64,000 nucleotides of DNA. It comes from a virus. The stretch is taken from IMG/VR virus record IMGVR_UViG_3300032294_002363, positions 32,001 through 96,000 of that record. One strand, written 5' to 3'. Below the pieces are notes generated by a model. The model was not told the origin of the DNA. It made no database searches and saw nothing but the letters and a program-made list of their open reading frames with translations. Each line of letters opens with the position of its first letter. The stretch's first letter is position 1. The translations under genes were made by a program, and so were the position numbers. Shown piece after piece: positions 49,671 to 58,294 of this stretch.

Positions 49671-50416
49671 TAGTGTTTGATACTATTACCACGATGAAAC
49701 AAATGTCTAAGTTTATTGCATTCAAAGTCATGCTCATTTGTTATATCCAAATAATCCTTTGCATATTTCAATTGCATCATCTCTGGCGTTATATGGTTTT
49801 CTTTAAATGATTCTAGATTCTCATAGAAAAACTCAACTTGCTTTGCCCAAGTATAAAAGTCTTCTCTTTTAAATAGAAACAGTACATCCCACCAATAGTA
49901 GCCTCTTTTATTCTTAGAAAAGATATTTTTATCTATTTTATCCATCATTAGCATGTCATATCTAGTTAAAATAATCCAATCATATCTTACATTATTTGTT
50001 CTTTCATAATTCTCTAAGGCTTGCGAGACATTTTTTATACTATTAAAAGCAGAGTAGTATCCAAACAATCCAGAATATTTTTTATCTTTATCTGAAAGGT
50101 TATTATACTCAACAGAGTTTGTAGAGTAAATCTTATCTAAATTAAAGATTTTAGGTTCAAGAGGATCTGTATAGCTTAAATGTTTTGGATTATAGATAGA
50201 TATAACATCTTGTACATCTTGAATACTAGTTCTATTGATATGATCTGTTTCTTGTTTACTCCAAGGCGCACCATAAAGCTGTTTTTCCGAGTGGCTCCAC
50301 CAAAAATGACAAAATATATCTTTTATACCTAAAGGATTTATAAAAGTTTCAAAATGATTTTGAAAACAATATCTAAAGGTTCTTAATTGACCATAATAAC
50401 ACAAAGCAATATTCAT
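49670..50416 (-). CDS. putative glycosyltransferase-like protein
   Basis: NIALCYYGQLRT...YDWIILTRYDM pattern common in polysaccharide loci. Confidence 0.5.
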   Translation of the reverse strand: MNIALCYYGQLRTFRYCFQNHFETFINPLGIKDIFCHFWWSHSEKQLYGAPWSKQETDHINRTSIQDVQDVISIYNPKHLSYTDPLEPKIFNLDKIYSTNSVEYNNLSDKDKKYSGLFGYYSAFNSIKNVSQALENYERTNNVRYDWIILTRYDMLMMDKIDKNIFSKNKRGYYWWDVLFLFKREDFYTWAKQVEFFYENLESFKENHITPEMMQLKYAKDYLDITNEHDFECNKLRHLFHRGNSIKH

Positions 50417-50418
50417 CT

Positions 50419-51270
50419 CTATATCTTTTTATAACTGAATGTTACTCCCATGTCATCTTCTGATATATTATAAAACATTGTATTAAAGTCTAGCCAATTT
50501 TCTGTATTAACATGAGGATACATTCCGTAATGTTTCTGTGGAACAAATTCATGTCTCATAAAGTCTTGATAAGAAATTCTATACTTTGGAAAATCATTAT
50601 GCTGATCTGTAATAACGATTTTCTTAATTATATTTGGATAGCAGTTAGCTATTGCCATCGGTCCAGAATTAACGCCAATAAATATAAAGGAATCTCTAAC
50701 TATTTGAACCAATTCATCTAATGATGATCCTCTCTTATCAATTACTCCTGCATCTGTATCAGAGCCTTTGCCTATTTGGATAATATCAAAGTCTTTGTAT
50801 GTATTTTTTATTTGTTCAACAATAAAACTTGGAATTTCTCCAGCCGTTGAATTTCCAGGCCCAACATTCAATGCTATTGATTTATAGTTTAATTTTTGTA
50901 AATGATTATCGTATAGATTAAAATGTCTAAGATAACAAGTTAATCCTAACCTTTGACAATGTTTATCTGGTCTTCCTGAATACTGTACTCCATACAGCTT
51001 TTTTGCTTCTTCTTCTGGGTATGAAAAGAGTCGGTCTAAAACTAAGATCTTATCTGGTACTTCGTCTTGAATAACATATGGATTATTCTGTAAAAACCAA
51101 TATTTATAAGGATTATAAAGTTTAATACCAAAATTTTTATATAGATTCTCTGGAAAATGGGTGTACTGAATCTTATCTCCTAAACCGCACCCTTCTATCA
51201 TAACGCCGACTTTATTATTGAATATAAAGTCTTTAAAATCTTTTTGATAATTATTCATATAGTTTTCCAA
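50419..51270 (-). CDS. GT9-like glycosyltransferase
   Basis: GLGDKIQYT; IIQIGKGSD; FIFIGVNSGPMAIA. Confidence 0.65.
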   Translation of the reverse strand: MENYMNNYQKDFKDFIFNNKVGVMIEGCGLGDKIQYTHFPENLYKNFGIKLYNPYKYWFLQNNPYVIQDEVPDKILVLDRLFSYPEEEAKKLYGVQYSGRPDKHCQRLGLTCYLRHFNLYDNHLQKLNYKSIALNVGPGNSTAGEIPSFIVEQIKNTYKDFDIIQIGKGSDTDAGVIDKRGSSLDELVQIVRDSFIFIGVNSGPMAIANCYPNIIKKIVITDQHNDFPKYRISYQDFMRHEFVPQKHYGMYPHVNTENWLDFNTMFYNISEDDMGVTFSYKKI

Positions 51271-52049
51271 AGTGGTAAATTTGTAGGAATTAAACCATCT
51301 TGATGTAGATCATTTTTATTTAGAGAATGAGTATTTGAGTCTCCTCCTGTGGCTTTTTCCCAAAATGATTTCCAAAAGACATTTCTTTTTACTCTATCAT
51401 CGAAATTCGTATAACCTAAATGATAAACAAAAGGATTATTATCTTTGATATAATCATAAGGATTTTTATAATTTGTAGCTTGAACTATATTAAGAGTTGG
51501 AACTAATTGGCTGTCTTTATCTATTAGTTCGTCAGTACTAGTCTTATTATAATCTGGTCTACCATTATCTTTTATACCAAAGTTTACCGCGCCGCGATAT
51601 AAACCTTTTTTATGTATATACCATTTAAAACTTATGTCTTTATAATGATAAAAATCTCCATAAAGATTAATAACTGGCACAAATAAAGCTTGAACCATGT
51701 TTATTTTTAGAAATTGTTCTGAAACTTTGATTAAGGTATCTTTATTGCCACCAAATCTTTCATCTAAGTCTTGTAGCATACATATATCGCCAGTACAAGC
51801 TTGAAGAGCGGAGTTTACTATTTTACCATAACAAAATGGATCATCATAACTAAAACTTGTATCTACAATTTTTACATTGAGATTATTGTCTTTTACATAT
51901 TGGCTAACTACCTCAAGAGAATTATCTTCGCTTTTATTTATAGCTAGACAAACTTCATCTGCGTAATATAAAAAGTTCTTAATTGCATCTTGATAATTAA
52001 AATTGTTTTTAACAATATTAAAAGCTGTCGAATATATACTTATTTTCAT
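51255..52049 (-). CDS. GT2-like glycosyltransferase
   Basis: KISIYSTAFN; INKSEDNS; LQDLDERF; VYHLGY. Confidence 0.7.
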   Translation of the reverse strand: MKISIYSTAFNIVKNNFNYQDAIKNFLYYADEVCLAINKSEDNSLEVVSQYVKDNNLNVKIVDTSFSYDDPFCYGKIVNSALQACTGDICMLQDLDERFGGNKDTLIKVSEQFLKINMVQALFVPVINLYGDFYHYKDISFKWYIHKKGLYRGAVNFGIKDNGRPDYNKTSTDELIDKDSQLVPTLNIVQATNYKNPYDYIKDNNPFVYHLGYTNFDDRVKRNVFWKSFWEKATGGDSNTHSLNKNDLHQDGLIPTNLPLWKTI

Positions 52050-52886
52050 TTAAATTCCCCACATCTTTGTAATTTCTTCTACAGAAAGATTCTTAATAAA
52101 GTATAAATAATATCTTTGTAAGATTGGCTCTTTGTTAAACATGCTCAAGAAAATATTATCGCTTTTCCAATCGTCTGTCATAAGAAAATTATGAAGGCTT
52201 TCTATGCTAAATTCTAAGTTATATTTTAATCTAGAATATTCTCTTATATTTACTCTATTAGCCTCAAGTTCTTGGAATTCCTTTATATTATTTTCTCTTC
52301 CTAAAAGCAAGTGATTTGACCGACCATATACCCAATAATATTTTAAATGATGCTTGTACCAATCTGGTCTTGTTCTGCCTTCTATTCTTGTATTCCAAGT
52401 TATTTCTTTATTTTCATCTGTATGAGCAAAATATTTTGCTAAATCAACTCTATTATCTCTAGCATTTACTATTCCCCAATGTGGATTTCCTTGAAAATAC
52501 ATATCATCGTAATACTTAAATAGAAATCCTTTACCTAGCCACCAGCATGAAGATATTTGATTCTTCTCTAAATCTTTTATAAAAGGTTTGATATCCGAAG
52601 TGAAGGAAGGATTAAGCCTCTCCTCATCGTCTCGCAATAGAAACCAATCGCCGTTTTTCATTCCTCCTTGGCGAAGAATTTCATTATTTTGAAAATCAAA
52701 ATCGTTAGTCCATTTTCTATGTATAATATTTCCTTGACCTTTTCTTTGCTCTAAAAGCTCTCTTGTCCCATCTGTTGATCCACCATCAACAAATATAAGT
52801 CCATCAAAGTGATTAAATATATCCTTTGTAAGCTCGTCTATTTTTTGTTTCTTATCTTGGGTTATTCCACATAAGTATACTTTCAT
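52050..52886 (-). CDS. GT2 glycosyltransferase
   Basis: FVDGGSTDGT; WFLLRDDEERL. Confidence 0.8.
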   Translation of the reverse strand: MKVYLCGITQDKKQKIDELTKDIFNHFDGLIFVDGGSTDGTRELLEQRKGQGNIIHRKWTNDFDFQNNEILRQGGMKNGDWFLLRDDEERLNPSFTSDIKPFIKDLEKNQISSCWWLGKGFLFKYYDDMYFQGNPHWGIVNARDNRVDLAKYFAHTDENKEITWNTRIEGRTRPDWYKHHLKYYWVYGRSNHLLLGRENNIKEFQELEANRVNIREYSRLKYNLEFSIESLHNFLMTDDWKSDNIFLSMFNKEPILQRYYLYFIKNLSVEEITKMWGI

Positions 52887-53878
52887 TTATTGAACTCCTC
52901 AATTATTTGTTCTAATTCATTCTTGCAGTGATATTTGTTCTTATAAAAATTAAAAATCTCTTCTCTGTTTATATCCATAGCTTTTTGTTTTAAAGTAGGT
53001 AAATCTTCTAAAGATTTCAAAGTCAAATCAAAAAATTTAGCATTATTCGTCACACCGCCTTGATCTTCATCTAAAGTTAGAACTGGCGTACCTCTTGAGA
53101 ATGACTCTAAAGTAACAATATTACATGATTCTATTAATCTAGTAAATTGACATAAAGCTATAGCTTTTGAAAAGACTTTATTTTTATCTTCATCATTTAA
53201 GCCTAAATTGAACGATAAGTTTTTAATATTTAAATTTTTTATAAAATTCTCTAGATTTTCACTATTCCATTTTGATCCATATGCTACAAAATTTTCATTT
53301 GGATACAATTGAGCTAGTTTAATAAATATATCTAAACCTTTTGGTTGAAGCCCCCAACCAAGACTAGCGCACCATAAGAAATATTCCTTAGTTTGATCTT
53401 CTTTATTAAGATAAAACTCTTCCTCCCCAAGTCCGTGCGGAATTACGCATGTCTCTTCCTCTTTATAAAAACCATTATAAGATATCTTCTGATTTAAAGA
53501 TAAAAATCTATTTTTAATATTTTTTGATGAATATATCTGCTTTTGTGGTCTAGAGCCTTTAGCCATGCCTCCACAATTAGCATTTATTACTTTGATATTA
53601 TTTTGATCTAAGACTTTTAAAGCTTCCTCATGTAAATTATATGATATAATATGTTTAGATGTATCTAAAAAGTTTATAGAATGCTCTGTAAATTGTTTTA
53701 AATCTTCAAATGGTATTAATATATAATCTTCTATATCTTTTAAAGGTTTTTGAGATATAATCTTTAAATTAATTTTATTGCTTCTACAATGTTTTATGAA
53801 AGCTTCTATGCGCTTCTCTATTCCTCCAGCTAGGTGAGAAGGAAATATCTCATGAGTATTTAAAAGGGTTATATTCAA
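52883..53878 (-). CDS. GT4 (GT-B) glycosyltransferase
   Basis: AGGIEKR; VIPHGL; PKGLDIFIKLA; ESCNIVTLESFSRGTPVL. TTG start. Confidence 0.8.
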   Translation of the reverse strand: MNITLLNTHEIFPSHLAGGIEKRIEAFIKHCRSNKINLKIISQKPLKDIEDYILIPFEDLKQFTEHSINFLDTSKHIISYNLHEEALKVLDQNNIKVINANCGGMAKGSRPQKQIYSSKNIKNRFLSLNQKISYNGFYKEEETCVIPHGLGEEEFYLNKEDQTKEYFLWCASLGWGLQPKGLDIFIKLAQLYPNENFVAYGSKWNSENLENFIKNLNIKNLSFNLGLNDEDKNKVFSKAIALCQFTRLIESCNIVTLESFSRGTPVLTLDEDQGGVTNNAKFFDLTLKSLEDLPTLKQKAMDINREEIFNFYKNKYHCKNELEQIIEEFNK

Positions 53879-53887
53879 TCTATAATA

Positions 53888-53916
53888 ATAGTAATATTAT
53901 ATTATAGATAAGTCAA
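53888..53916 (-). promoter_or_regulatory. sigma70-type promoter TTGACT-N17-TACTAT heading the glycan locus
   Basis: The -10 box ends 9 nt before the TTG start at 53878. Confidence 0.78.
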
Positions 53917-53921
53917 GTAAA

Positions 53922-54419
53922 TTAAGCTAAATTATGTTCTTTTTTAGTTTTTTCTGGAATAGCGGCTACAAACTCTGGACCTTTACTTTTAGCTTTATTG
54001 TATAATTTTTTAATAAAAGTATCATATGTCATATTACCAGACATACGGCCATAATTACTAATAGCGTCTCTTACATCTTGTGGGCTAACAATTGGAAAGC
54101 TACGGTTTTCTGGAAAAAGAAAATCACTATCTTTTAATTCACTTCTTGTTTTACCTTTATATGTTTTTTGATAGGCTTCTGTCTCTGAAATATCAACCTC
54201 AAGAATTTCTTGTTTATTGGAATTATTTTGTGTGTTTAAATCTGGATTTTTGATATCTAATTCAATCTCTGCTTTAGCTTTTTTTTGAGGTCCGCGGTAG
54301 GTATTTAAACAAATTGCAACCTTTTGTTTTTGTGGATATTTTTCATCTTTCATGAATTCCATGCATCGACCCATGTAATCGCCCTCTTTTTCATTCTTTT
54401 TCTTTTGAGGGATAGGCAT
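53922..54419 (-). CDS. two-module late protein (possibly head-associated); start reassigned to ATG 54419
   Basis: MPIPQKKKNEKEGDYMGRCM...AICL module plus RSELKDSDFLFPENRSFPI module. The ORF-track GTG start at 54434 coincides with the GTGTAT promoter-like element. Confidence 0.6.
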   Translation of the reverse strand: MPIPQKKKNEKEGDYMGRCMEFMKDEKYPQKQKVAICLNTYRGPQKKAKAEIELDIKNPDLNTQNNSNKQEILEVDISETEAYQKTYKGKTRSELKDSDFLFPENRSFPIVSPQDVRDAISNYGRMSGNMTYDTFIKKLYNKAKSKGPEFVAAIPEKTKKEHNLA

Positions 54420-54428
54420 ATATAGTAT

Positions 54429-54434
54429 ATACAC
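54429..54434 (-). promoter_or_regulatory. GTGTAT variant of late element
   Basis: 9 nt before ATG 54419. Confidence 0.55.
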
Positions 54435-54521
54435 ATAAAATTATTTAAACTAGAAATGTGTCATTTTGTCCATGATGAGTTAAATTATAATCTAAATGTA
54501 AGGCTCCATCCTTGGACGTAA

Positions 54522-54527
54522 GTGTAA
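54522..54527 (+). promoter_or_regulatory. GTGTAA element on the opposite strand to its neighbours
   Basis: 9 nt before ATG 54537. Confidence 0.6.
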
Positions 54528-54536
54528 TACTTTTAT

Positions 54537-54611
54537 ATGACACTCTCTTCTTGGTTAATCTGTGGTGCGGTTTTAATTTATGTACTTTATTTAAAAGAGA
54601 GAATTAAATAA
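54537..54611 (+). CDS. 24-aa single-pass membrane micropeptide, not in the ORF track
   Basis: MTLSSWLICGAVLIYVLYLKERIK; GTGTAA at canonical spacing; fits the gap and stops 2 nt from the convergent gene. Confidence 0.55.
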   Translation: MTLSSWLICGAVLIYVLYLKERIK

Positions 54612-54613
54612 AA

Positions 54614-55072
54614 TTATTTTAATTTAGATCTTTTGCCGCCAAGTTTTAATTGTTTTCTTAGATTAATAATCCTGCGTTGCTGTGGAGATATACTAGGAGT
54701 TGGTGATCCTCCAGATGATACAGTTGGCGCAGGTAAATAAGTAGAACCACCCCAAGGGCCACTTACCGTAGAGAAAATTAATCCAATAGGGCAATCTGGT
54801 AGTGAACTTGTAGCTGTAATATATGTTTCATATATGATTTGTATACCAAAAAAAGGTATGTTATCTACTATTACCCAAGCCGCAGCAATACCCGGAGGAT
54901 TATAGTTGTTTGACACGCCTATATAGGGCTGTGAATTCATATTTCCATCTTTGGTAAATCTTGTAAATAGCACGCCATTTACTGTTTCAGTACCAGCAGA
55001 CACATATGTACCATTTGCACTGGCGAGTCCTGCTCCAGCTACTATAACAGTAGTTTGATTACATGTTGCCAT
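54614..55072 (-). CDS. hypothetical late protein
   Basis: 152 aa; beta-rich body, Pro/Ser linker, basic C-terminus. Confidence 0.65.
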   Translation of the reverse strand: MATCNQTTVIVAGAGLASANGTYVSAGTETVNGVLFTRFTKDGNMNSQPYIGVSNNYNPPGIAAAWVIVDNIPFFGIQIIYETYITATSSLPDCPIGLIFSTVSGPWGGSTYLPAPTVSSGGSPTPSISPQQRRIINLRKQLKLGGKRSKLK

Positions 55073-55081
55073 ATAGAATAT

Positions 55082-55087
55082 TTACAC
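55082..55087 (-). promoter_or_regulatory. GTGTAA element
   Basis: 9 nt before ATG 55072. Confidence 0.65.
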
Positions 55088-55088
55088 C

Positions 55089-55364
55089 TTATTTATCAAG
55101 ATAATCTTTAATGTCTTTTATTAATTGTCTTCTTTTTCTGCGCTCTAAAGCGGTAACATAAAGAGCTAAAGAGATCGGAAAAAAGATCCTAAGAAAAAAT
55201 CCCAAATGGTGCTCTTTAGTAAGAAGATCAAAATGATTAAGGTAAAGATCGCTGAGTCCGTAAATTGTAAACAAAATAGCTGGAATAAAAACAATAAAAA
55301 AGAACTTCTCGTAATGCTCAAGATTATTCCACCAATCCTTTAATTTTTTGATAGTATCCAACAT
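55089..55364 (-). CDS. two-TM membrane protein, holin candidate
   Basis: Two hydrophobic helices and charged tail ERRKRRQLIKDIKDYLDK; CTGTAA at 55375-55380, 10 nt upstream. Confidence 0.45.
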   Translation of the reverse strand: MLDTIKKLKDWWNNLEHYEKFFFIVFIPAILFTIYGLSDLYLNHFDLLTKEHHLGFFLRIFFPISLALYVTALERRKRRQLIKDIKDYLDK

Positions 55365-55525
55365 ACAAAGAAGATTACAGCAAGAACCGAAAACCAGAAG
55401 ATATTTCTTTTCTTATTTTGTCTTTTATGGTACTTCCAAAATTCAGCTATAAATTGTTCAGTATTATTACAAGATGGCGCTATTAATTTAACATCTCTTA
55501 TTAATTTAGTTACTCTCTTATCCAT
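55340..55525 (-). CDS. small C-terminally anchored membrane protein
   Basis: 61 aa with C-terminal IFWFSVLAVIFFVCWIL. Confidence 0.5.
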   Translation of the reverse strand: MDKRVTKLIRDVKLIAPSCNNTEQFIAEFWKYHKRQNKKRNIFWFSVLAVIFFVCWILSKN

Positions 55526-56040
55526 GCTTTAGTTCTTTCTGCATCATCATCTATTAATATACTATTAAAAACTATGGCTTTGTATTTTTCTTCTATCCAT
55601 TTGGTGATTCTTATTTGATACTCTGCTCTATTACCCGCAAGACCAACTGGCATTGTGCCATAATTACTATCATAAACCCAAAGCATACCTTTATGTTCGA
55701 AAACGCAAATTGCATGTCCTCTATGCTGAGGTATAGATACTTTATACTCTATTAAAGTCTTATCAAAAATAACTGAAACATTATTTAATTCATCTGTATA
55801 ATGAAATTGAAAAGCAAAAATTTGAGCCCATGTATTTTCTTGAGATAATAGATAGTTAGCGTTAGATGCGAAGACAACGGAATCAATAAAACAAGAATTA
55901 GGCAATTTTGATATGCTATGATTTTTTGCTAAATTAAATCCTATATTAAGAGAATAATAAGCTATTGCCCCATTTATTAAAAGCACTAATGTTAATTTGC
56001 TTTTCCATCCAAACCAAGCAAAGAATCTTTTGATATTCAC
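55510..56040 (-). CDS. membrane-anchored papain/transglutaminase-like Cys hydrolase, lysin candidate
   Basis: N-terminal TM helix; putative triad NSC...GHAICV...WVYDSN; GTG start with AGGAG SD. Confidence 0.5.
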   Translation of the reverse strand: MNIKRFFAWFGWKSKLTLVLLINGAIAYYSLNIGFNLAKNHSISKLPNSCFIDSVVFASNANYLLSQENTWAQIFAFQFHYTDELNNVSVIFDKTLIEYKVSIPQHRGHAICVFEHKGMLWVYDSNYGTMPVGLAGNRAEYQIRITKWIEEKYKAIVFNSILIDDDAERTKAWIRE

Positions 56041-56042
56041 CT

Positions 56043-56067
56043 TCTCCTATAGATTACACACAGGAGA
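56043..56067 (-). promoter_or_regulatory. SD-sequestering hairpin with GTGTAA (56054-56059) in its loop
   Basis: Minus strand reads TCTCCTG-TGTGTAATCTA-TAGGAGA-AG-GTG; 7-bp stem (one G-U) covers the AGGAG. Confidence 0.6.
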
Positions 56068-56078
56068 TTATGTTCAAT

Positions 56079-57443
56079 TTATTTTTTATTTCTATAATCT
56101 TGAAGACAAGATTGAAATTTAGCTTTATCGTCGCCTTGCTTTGTTGGAATACATTGTTTTAAGAAATCATTAAATTTTTGACCTTCAGTTACCATCATGC
56201 CTTTGTACTCTTCATCATCTTCCATATTATATTTCTCTTCTTTTTCATCGTCTTCCTTATCGCTTTCGTCTTCTATTTCGTCTTCTGAAGCTTTACTTTT
56301 ACAATGTTGTTTTTGACTAAAACCTTTTGGATTGTTACAATCTATACTTCTTTTATATTTCATGCTCCATTTGGCTTCTATTTTTTCTAATTGAATTTCT
56401 GTTTTGCCTAAAATATCACCTTTTTTCCAAGTCATTCCTTCGTTTGTGCATTCATAAACTATTGCATATCCTATGTCTTCTAGAATTCCTTGAGATTGAC
56501 CCTCGACGCGAATACCAAGATCTAAAATTTCTTTAACTACTCCTTCGCTGCCATAGTGCTTGCAACTAGGATTAATATTTTTTACTTTGTCGCCAACTTT
56601 AAACATTGTAGAGGCTTCCGATTCTTCCATTTCATTCTCTTCCATCTCCTCATCTTCTTTATTAAACATTACATAATTATGAATAGTAATCATATAATCT
56701 TCAGCAAGAATTGCCATTTGTTGCAAAAATGGTTCTGTAAGATTTTCTTTTACCATTGGATCATTTAGTTTATCTATTACATTTTTTGAATGTTGGTATA
56801 TAGAATTAATTGAACCAACTATCATTCCATAAAAATCTTCTTTATAATCTTCGAATTCATCTTCAACATCTTCTACTTCCTCGACTTGGGCCAATGTTTT
56901 ATCTTCTAGAAATATAATTTGATCAAATTCTGTTTCGCCATCCCATTCGTATTCTTCGTTTAAATAATCACTAGCTTGGGCTTTTTTAATAGCTTCTTGG
57001 GTTGGACGATCTTTAGAGCCTTCTGGTGCTGGACGATAATTTTTACCCATTCTTTTCTTTTTTTGTTGTATATTGTACCAAAGACCTTTACCTTTGGCTT
57101 GGACTTCTGCTTCTAAGGTAATCTCTTCTTCGCTACCTTTTGTATAATCTGTAACTGATTTTTTAGCTTCCCACATCTTGCAAGACCAATATCTTGCTTT
57201 CCATTTTGGTCCACGATTGTCATCGCAAGAATGACGAGAACGAAATGCTTTACGGCGAGCTGGATTATTTCTTTTAATAGACATATTTGGATCGCCAAAC
57301 TTGACCATCACAATATTACCTTTATCATTCTTTACATAAACACCAAACTTCTTTTTGCTCCCTTTGGGAAGGCGGAATGGTTTATTAAGTGGAGCTTTGC
57401 CTTTTTTGGCTGCTTTTAATTGATCTGTAAAGTCTATTTCCAT
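56079..57443 (-). CDS. mosaic late protein of several small basic modules joined by acidic linkers
   Basis: Modules LNKPFR...VKFGDP...RHSC...RYWSC; GLWYNIQQKKKR...RPTQEAIKKAQ; FKVGDKVK; KWSMKYKRSIDCNNPKGFSQKQHC. GTGTAA at 57456-57461, 12 nt upstream. Confidence 0.6.
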   Translation of the reverse strand: MEIDFTDQLKAAKKGKAPLNKPFRLPKGSKKKFGVYVKNDKGNIVMVKFGDPNMSIKRNNPARRKAFRSRHSCDDNRGPKWKARYWSCKMWEAKKSVTDYTKGSEEEITLEAEVQAKGKGLWYNIQQKKKRMGKNYRPAPEGSKDRPTQEAIKKAQASDYLNEEYEWDGETEFDQIIFLEDKTLAQVEEVEDVEDEFEDYKEDFYGMIVGSINSIYQHSKNVIDKLNDPMVKENLTEPFLQQMAILAEDYMITIHNYVMFNKEDEEMEENEMEESEASTMFKVGDKVKNINPSCKHYGSEGVVKEILDLGIRVEGQSQGILEDIGYAIVYECTNEGMTWKKGDILGKTEIQLEKIEAKWSMKYKRSIDCNNPKGFSQKQHCKSKASEDEIEDESDKEDDEKEEKYNMEDDEEYKGMMVTEGQKFNDFLKQCIPTKQGDDKAKFQSCLQDYRNKK

Positions 57444-57460
57444 ATCTTTTATGTATTACA

Positions 57461-58291
57461 CTAATTTATATCTATTAATTCACCATTTTCCCAAGTAGGA
57501 TTGCCTCGTGGATTAAGTCCTAAATAATAGAGAATCTTGTAAACTTTTTTTGCTATTAATTTCTTATCTCCATTTTTAGCTCCCCAGATATGAATATATC
57601 CATTTTCTTCAGATTTTGATTCGAACTCTAATTCGCTACTATATAAATAAGTTATCTTTTTGTTCTCATAATCCGCCATAAGTGTCATAAAATATTGTTC
57701 ATATAAAACAGAAGGTTGCCAACTATATTCAAATATTGTTTCTCGAATATATTTTAAATTAGCTAAATCTAGGGCAAGATTAACTGATTCATCTGAATAT
57801 TTTTTTATAAAATCAAAATCATTTCCACCAAATATACCCATATTTGCAGCATTTTTTATTCTACTATTAGCCATAAAACCTAGATTGGGTAATTCTAAGT
57901 GAAATTTATCTAAACCATAAAGATTATTAATTTCTCGTTCTAAATGTTGAGCTATAATTTTACTATTATGTATATCTTCGTTCAGTTTCTTTGTAAGGAA
58001 AACGTCGTGATCTATATGAATAAATGGTTCCTTTTTTTCCGCAATCAAACCATAAGCTCTAATTTTTCCAAGTCCCCAAATCACTCCAACATATTTAGGC
58101 AAGTCTTCTAGAGAAGTATCTACTTTATCAAATTTAATATCTTTTAAGAATTCTGCTCCATATTTATCAGTAATTAAATTTACATTTTCATAATTCTTTT
58201 TTAAATAGTAGGCAGAGAGTTTATATAAGTTATAATCAAAATAATCTTTTTTATGATATCCTGGACTCCAACATGAAAGATAAGTTTTCAA
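57461..58291 (-). CDS. GT-A-like protein (DUF6734-like)
   Basis: LITDKYGAEFL...IWGLGKIRAY...EPFIHIDHDVFL with a DxD motif; family name recalled from memory. Confidence 0.55.
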   Translation of the reverse strand: MKTYLSCWSPGYHKKDYFDYNLYKLSAYYLKKNYENVNLITDKYGAEFLKDIKFDKVDTSLEDLPKYVGVIWGLGKIRAYGLIAEKKEPFIHIDHDVFLTKKLNEDIHNSKIIAQHLEREINNLYGLDKFHLELPNLGFMANSRIKNAANMGIFGGNDFDFIKKYSDESVNLALDLANLKYIRETIFEYSWQPSVLYEQYFMTLMADYENKKITYLYSSELEFESKSEENGYIHIWGAKNGDKKLIAKKVYKILYYLGLNPRGNPTWENGELIDIN

Positions 58292-58294
58292 TTT

